A model generated the notes under the pieces. The model made no database searches and was not told where the DNA came from. It was given only the letters and a program-made list of their open reading frames with translations. Positions 62,101 through 64,000 of a stretch of 64,000 nucleotides of DNA are shown piece by piece. Origin of the DNA: Balanoglossus misakiensis. Lineage: Eukaryota; Animalia; Hemichordata. Positions within the stretch are counted from its first letter, which is position 1. Every line of letters starts with the position of its first letter. The stretch spans positions 2,960,303 to 3,024,302 of the forward strand of contig CM082582.2 of the NCBI GenBank assembly GCA_040954595.2, written 5' to 3'. The position numbers and the translations under genes were made by a program.

Positions 62101-64000
62101 AAAGTGGAAAATACAATAGCTACATTGGTAGGCTGAAAGCTTACTTCCTGAGACTGTTTGTGCCAATGACGGGTAAGACCGCTTATGAAGTGGTGACCTA
62201 AGACAGGCGACAGTCAGGCTTCACTTACAAAAAGTGGAAAATACAATAGCTACATTGGTAGGCTGAAAGCTTACTTCCTGTGACTGTTTGTGCCAATGAC
62301 GGGTAAGACCGCTTATGAAGTGGTGACCTAAGACAGGCGACAGTCAGGCTTCACTTATTAAAAGTGGAAAATACAATAGCTACATTGGTAGGCTGAAAGC
62401 TTACGTCCTGAGACTGTTTGTGCCAATGACAGGTAAGACCGCTTATGAAGTGGTGACCTAAGACAGGCGACAGTCAGGCTTCACTTATAAAAAGTGGAAA
62501 ATACAATAGCTACATTGGTAGGCTGAAAGCTTACGTCCTGAGACTGTTTGTGCCAATGACTGATAAGACCGCTTATGAAGTGGTGACCTAAGACAGGCGA
62601 CAGTCAGGCTTCACTTACAAAAAGTGGAAAATACAATAGGTACATTGGTAGGCTGAAAGCTTACTTCCTGAGACTGTTTGTGCCAATGACGGGTAAGACC
62701 GCTTATGAAGTGGTGACCTAAGACAGGCGACAGTCAGGCTTCACTTACAAAAAGTGGAAAATACAATAGCTACATTGGTAGGCTGAAAGCTTACTTCCTG
62801 TGACTGTTTGTGCCAATGACGGGTAAGACCGCTTATGAAGTGGTGACCTAAGACAGGCGACAGTCAGGCTTCACTTATAAAAAGTGGAAAATACAATAGC
62901 TACATTGGTAGGCTGAAAGCTTACGTCCTGAGACTGTTTGTGCCAATGACGGGTAAGACCGCTTATGAAGTGGTGACCTAAGACAGGCGACAGTCAGGCT
63001 TCACTTACAAAAAGTGGAAAATACAATAGCTACATTGGTAGGCTGAAAGCTTACTTCCTGAGACTGTTTGTGCCAATGACGGGTAAGACCGCTTATGAAG
63101 TGGTGACCTAAGACAGGCGACAGTCAGGCTTCACTTACAAAAAGTGGAAAATACAATAGCTACATTGGTAGGCTGAAAGCCTACTTCCTGAGACTGTTTG
63201 TGCCAATGACAGGTAAGACCGCTTATGAAGTGGTGACCTAAGACTAGGCGACAGTCAGGCTTCACTTACAAAAAGTGGAAAATACAATAGCTACATTGGT
63301 AGGCTGAAAGCTTACTTCCTGAGACTGTTTGTGCCAATGACGGGTAAGACCGCTTATGAAGTGGTGACCTAAGACAGGCGACAGTCAGGCTTCACTTACA
63401 AAAAGTGGAAAATACAATAGCTACATTGGTAGGCTGAAAGCTTACTTCCTGAGACTGTTTGTGCCAATGACGGGTAAGACCGCTTATGAAGTGGTGACCT
63501 AAGACAGGCGACAGTCAGGCTTCACTTACAAAAAGTGGAAAATACAATAGCTACATTGGTAGGCTGAAAGCCTACTTCCTGAGACTGTTTGTGCCAATGA
63601 CAGGTAAGACCGCTTATGAAGTGGTGACCTAAGATAGGCGACAGTCAGGCTTCACTTACAAAAAGTGGAAAATACAATAGCTACATTGGTAGGCTGAAAG
63701 CTTACTTCCTGAGACTGTTTGTGCCAATAACGGGTAAGACCACTTATGAAGTGGTGACCTAAGACAGGCGACAGTCAGGCTTCACTTACAAAAAGTGTAA
63801 AATATAATAGCTACATTGGTAGGCTGAAAGCTTACTTCCTGAGACTGTTTGTGCCAATGACGGGTAAGACCGCTTATGAAGTGGTGACCTAAGACAGGCG
63901 ACAGTCAGGCTTCACTTACAAAAAGTGGAAAATACAATAGCTACATTGGTAGGCTGAAAGCTTACTTCCTGAGACTGTTTGTGCCAATGACGGGTAAGAC
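47180..64000. repeat. Satellite DNA, 130-bp monomer, ~129 copies, continues beyond the window
   Basis: Monomer GCTGAAAGCTTACTTCCTGAGACTGTTTGTGCCAATGACGGGTAAGACCGCTTATGAAGTGGTGACCTAAGACAGGCGACAGTCAGGCTTCACTTACAAAAAGTGGAAAATACAATAGCTACATTGGTAG repeats head-to-tail with typically 0-4 differences per copy. One HindIII site in most monomers. Confidence 0.99.

Noticed and set aside
47180-64000. CRISPR array or tandem small-RNA (SL RNA, 5S) genes
   Set aside because: Monomers are contiguous with no unique spacers and no cas genes. No convincing Sm site plus leader structure, 5S or tRNA features are visible.

Overview
Eukaryotic, transposon-dense, probably heterochromatic DNA. Spliced GT-AG genes and the TE repertoire suggest a marine invertebrate (inference). 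No host gene, RNA gene or CRISPR array is evident. From left to right: (1) a full-length DIRS-type tyrosine-recombinase retrotransposon (1720-6858) with inverted terminal repeats, an internal complementary region and one frameshift in pol; (2) a ~127-bp minisatellite, a Harbinger-type MITE and an L2-clade LINE 3' end; (3) a decayed ISL2EU-type element (YqaJ-PHD gene plus convergent DDE transposase) split by a Kolobok-type non-autonomous element; (4) a ~1.73-kb tandem macro-repeat (about 5 units, 15.8-41.7 kb) carrying a 12.7-kb Kolobok element (multi-exon DDE transposase plus an apparently intact gene resembling the P2X7 C-terminal ballast domain, with its own nested insertions), a 2.6-kb CAGTC-ended element and two foldback elements; (5) a 3.4-kb Academ-like element; (6) a very homogeneous 130-bp satellite with higher-order structure from 47180 to the window end. 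The least explained observation is a 26-bp direct-repeat pair at equivalent positions in the two otherwise dissimilar CAGTC-ended elements. All calls are by eye from motifs and repeat structure; no database search was run.
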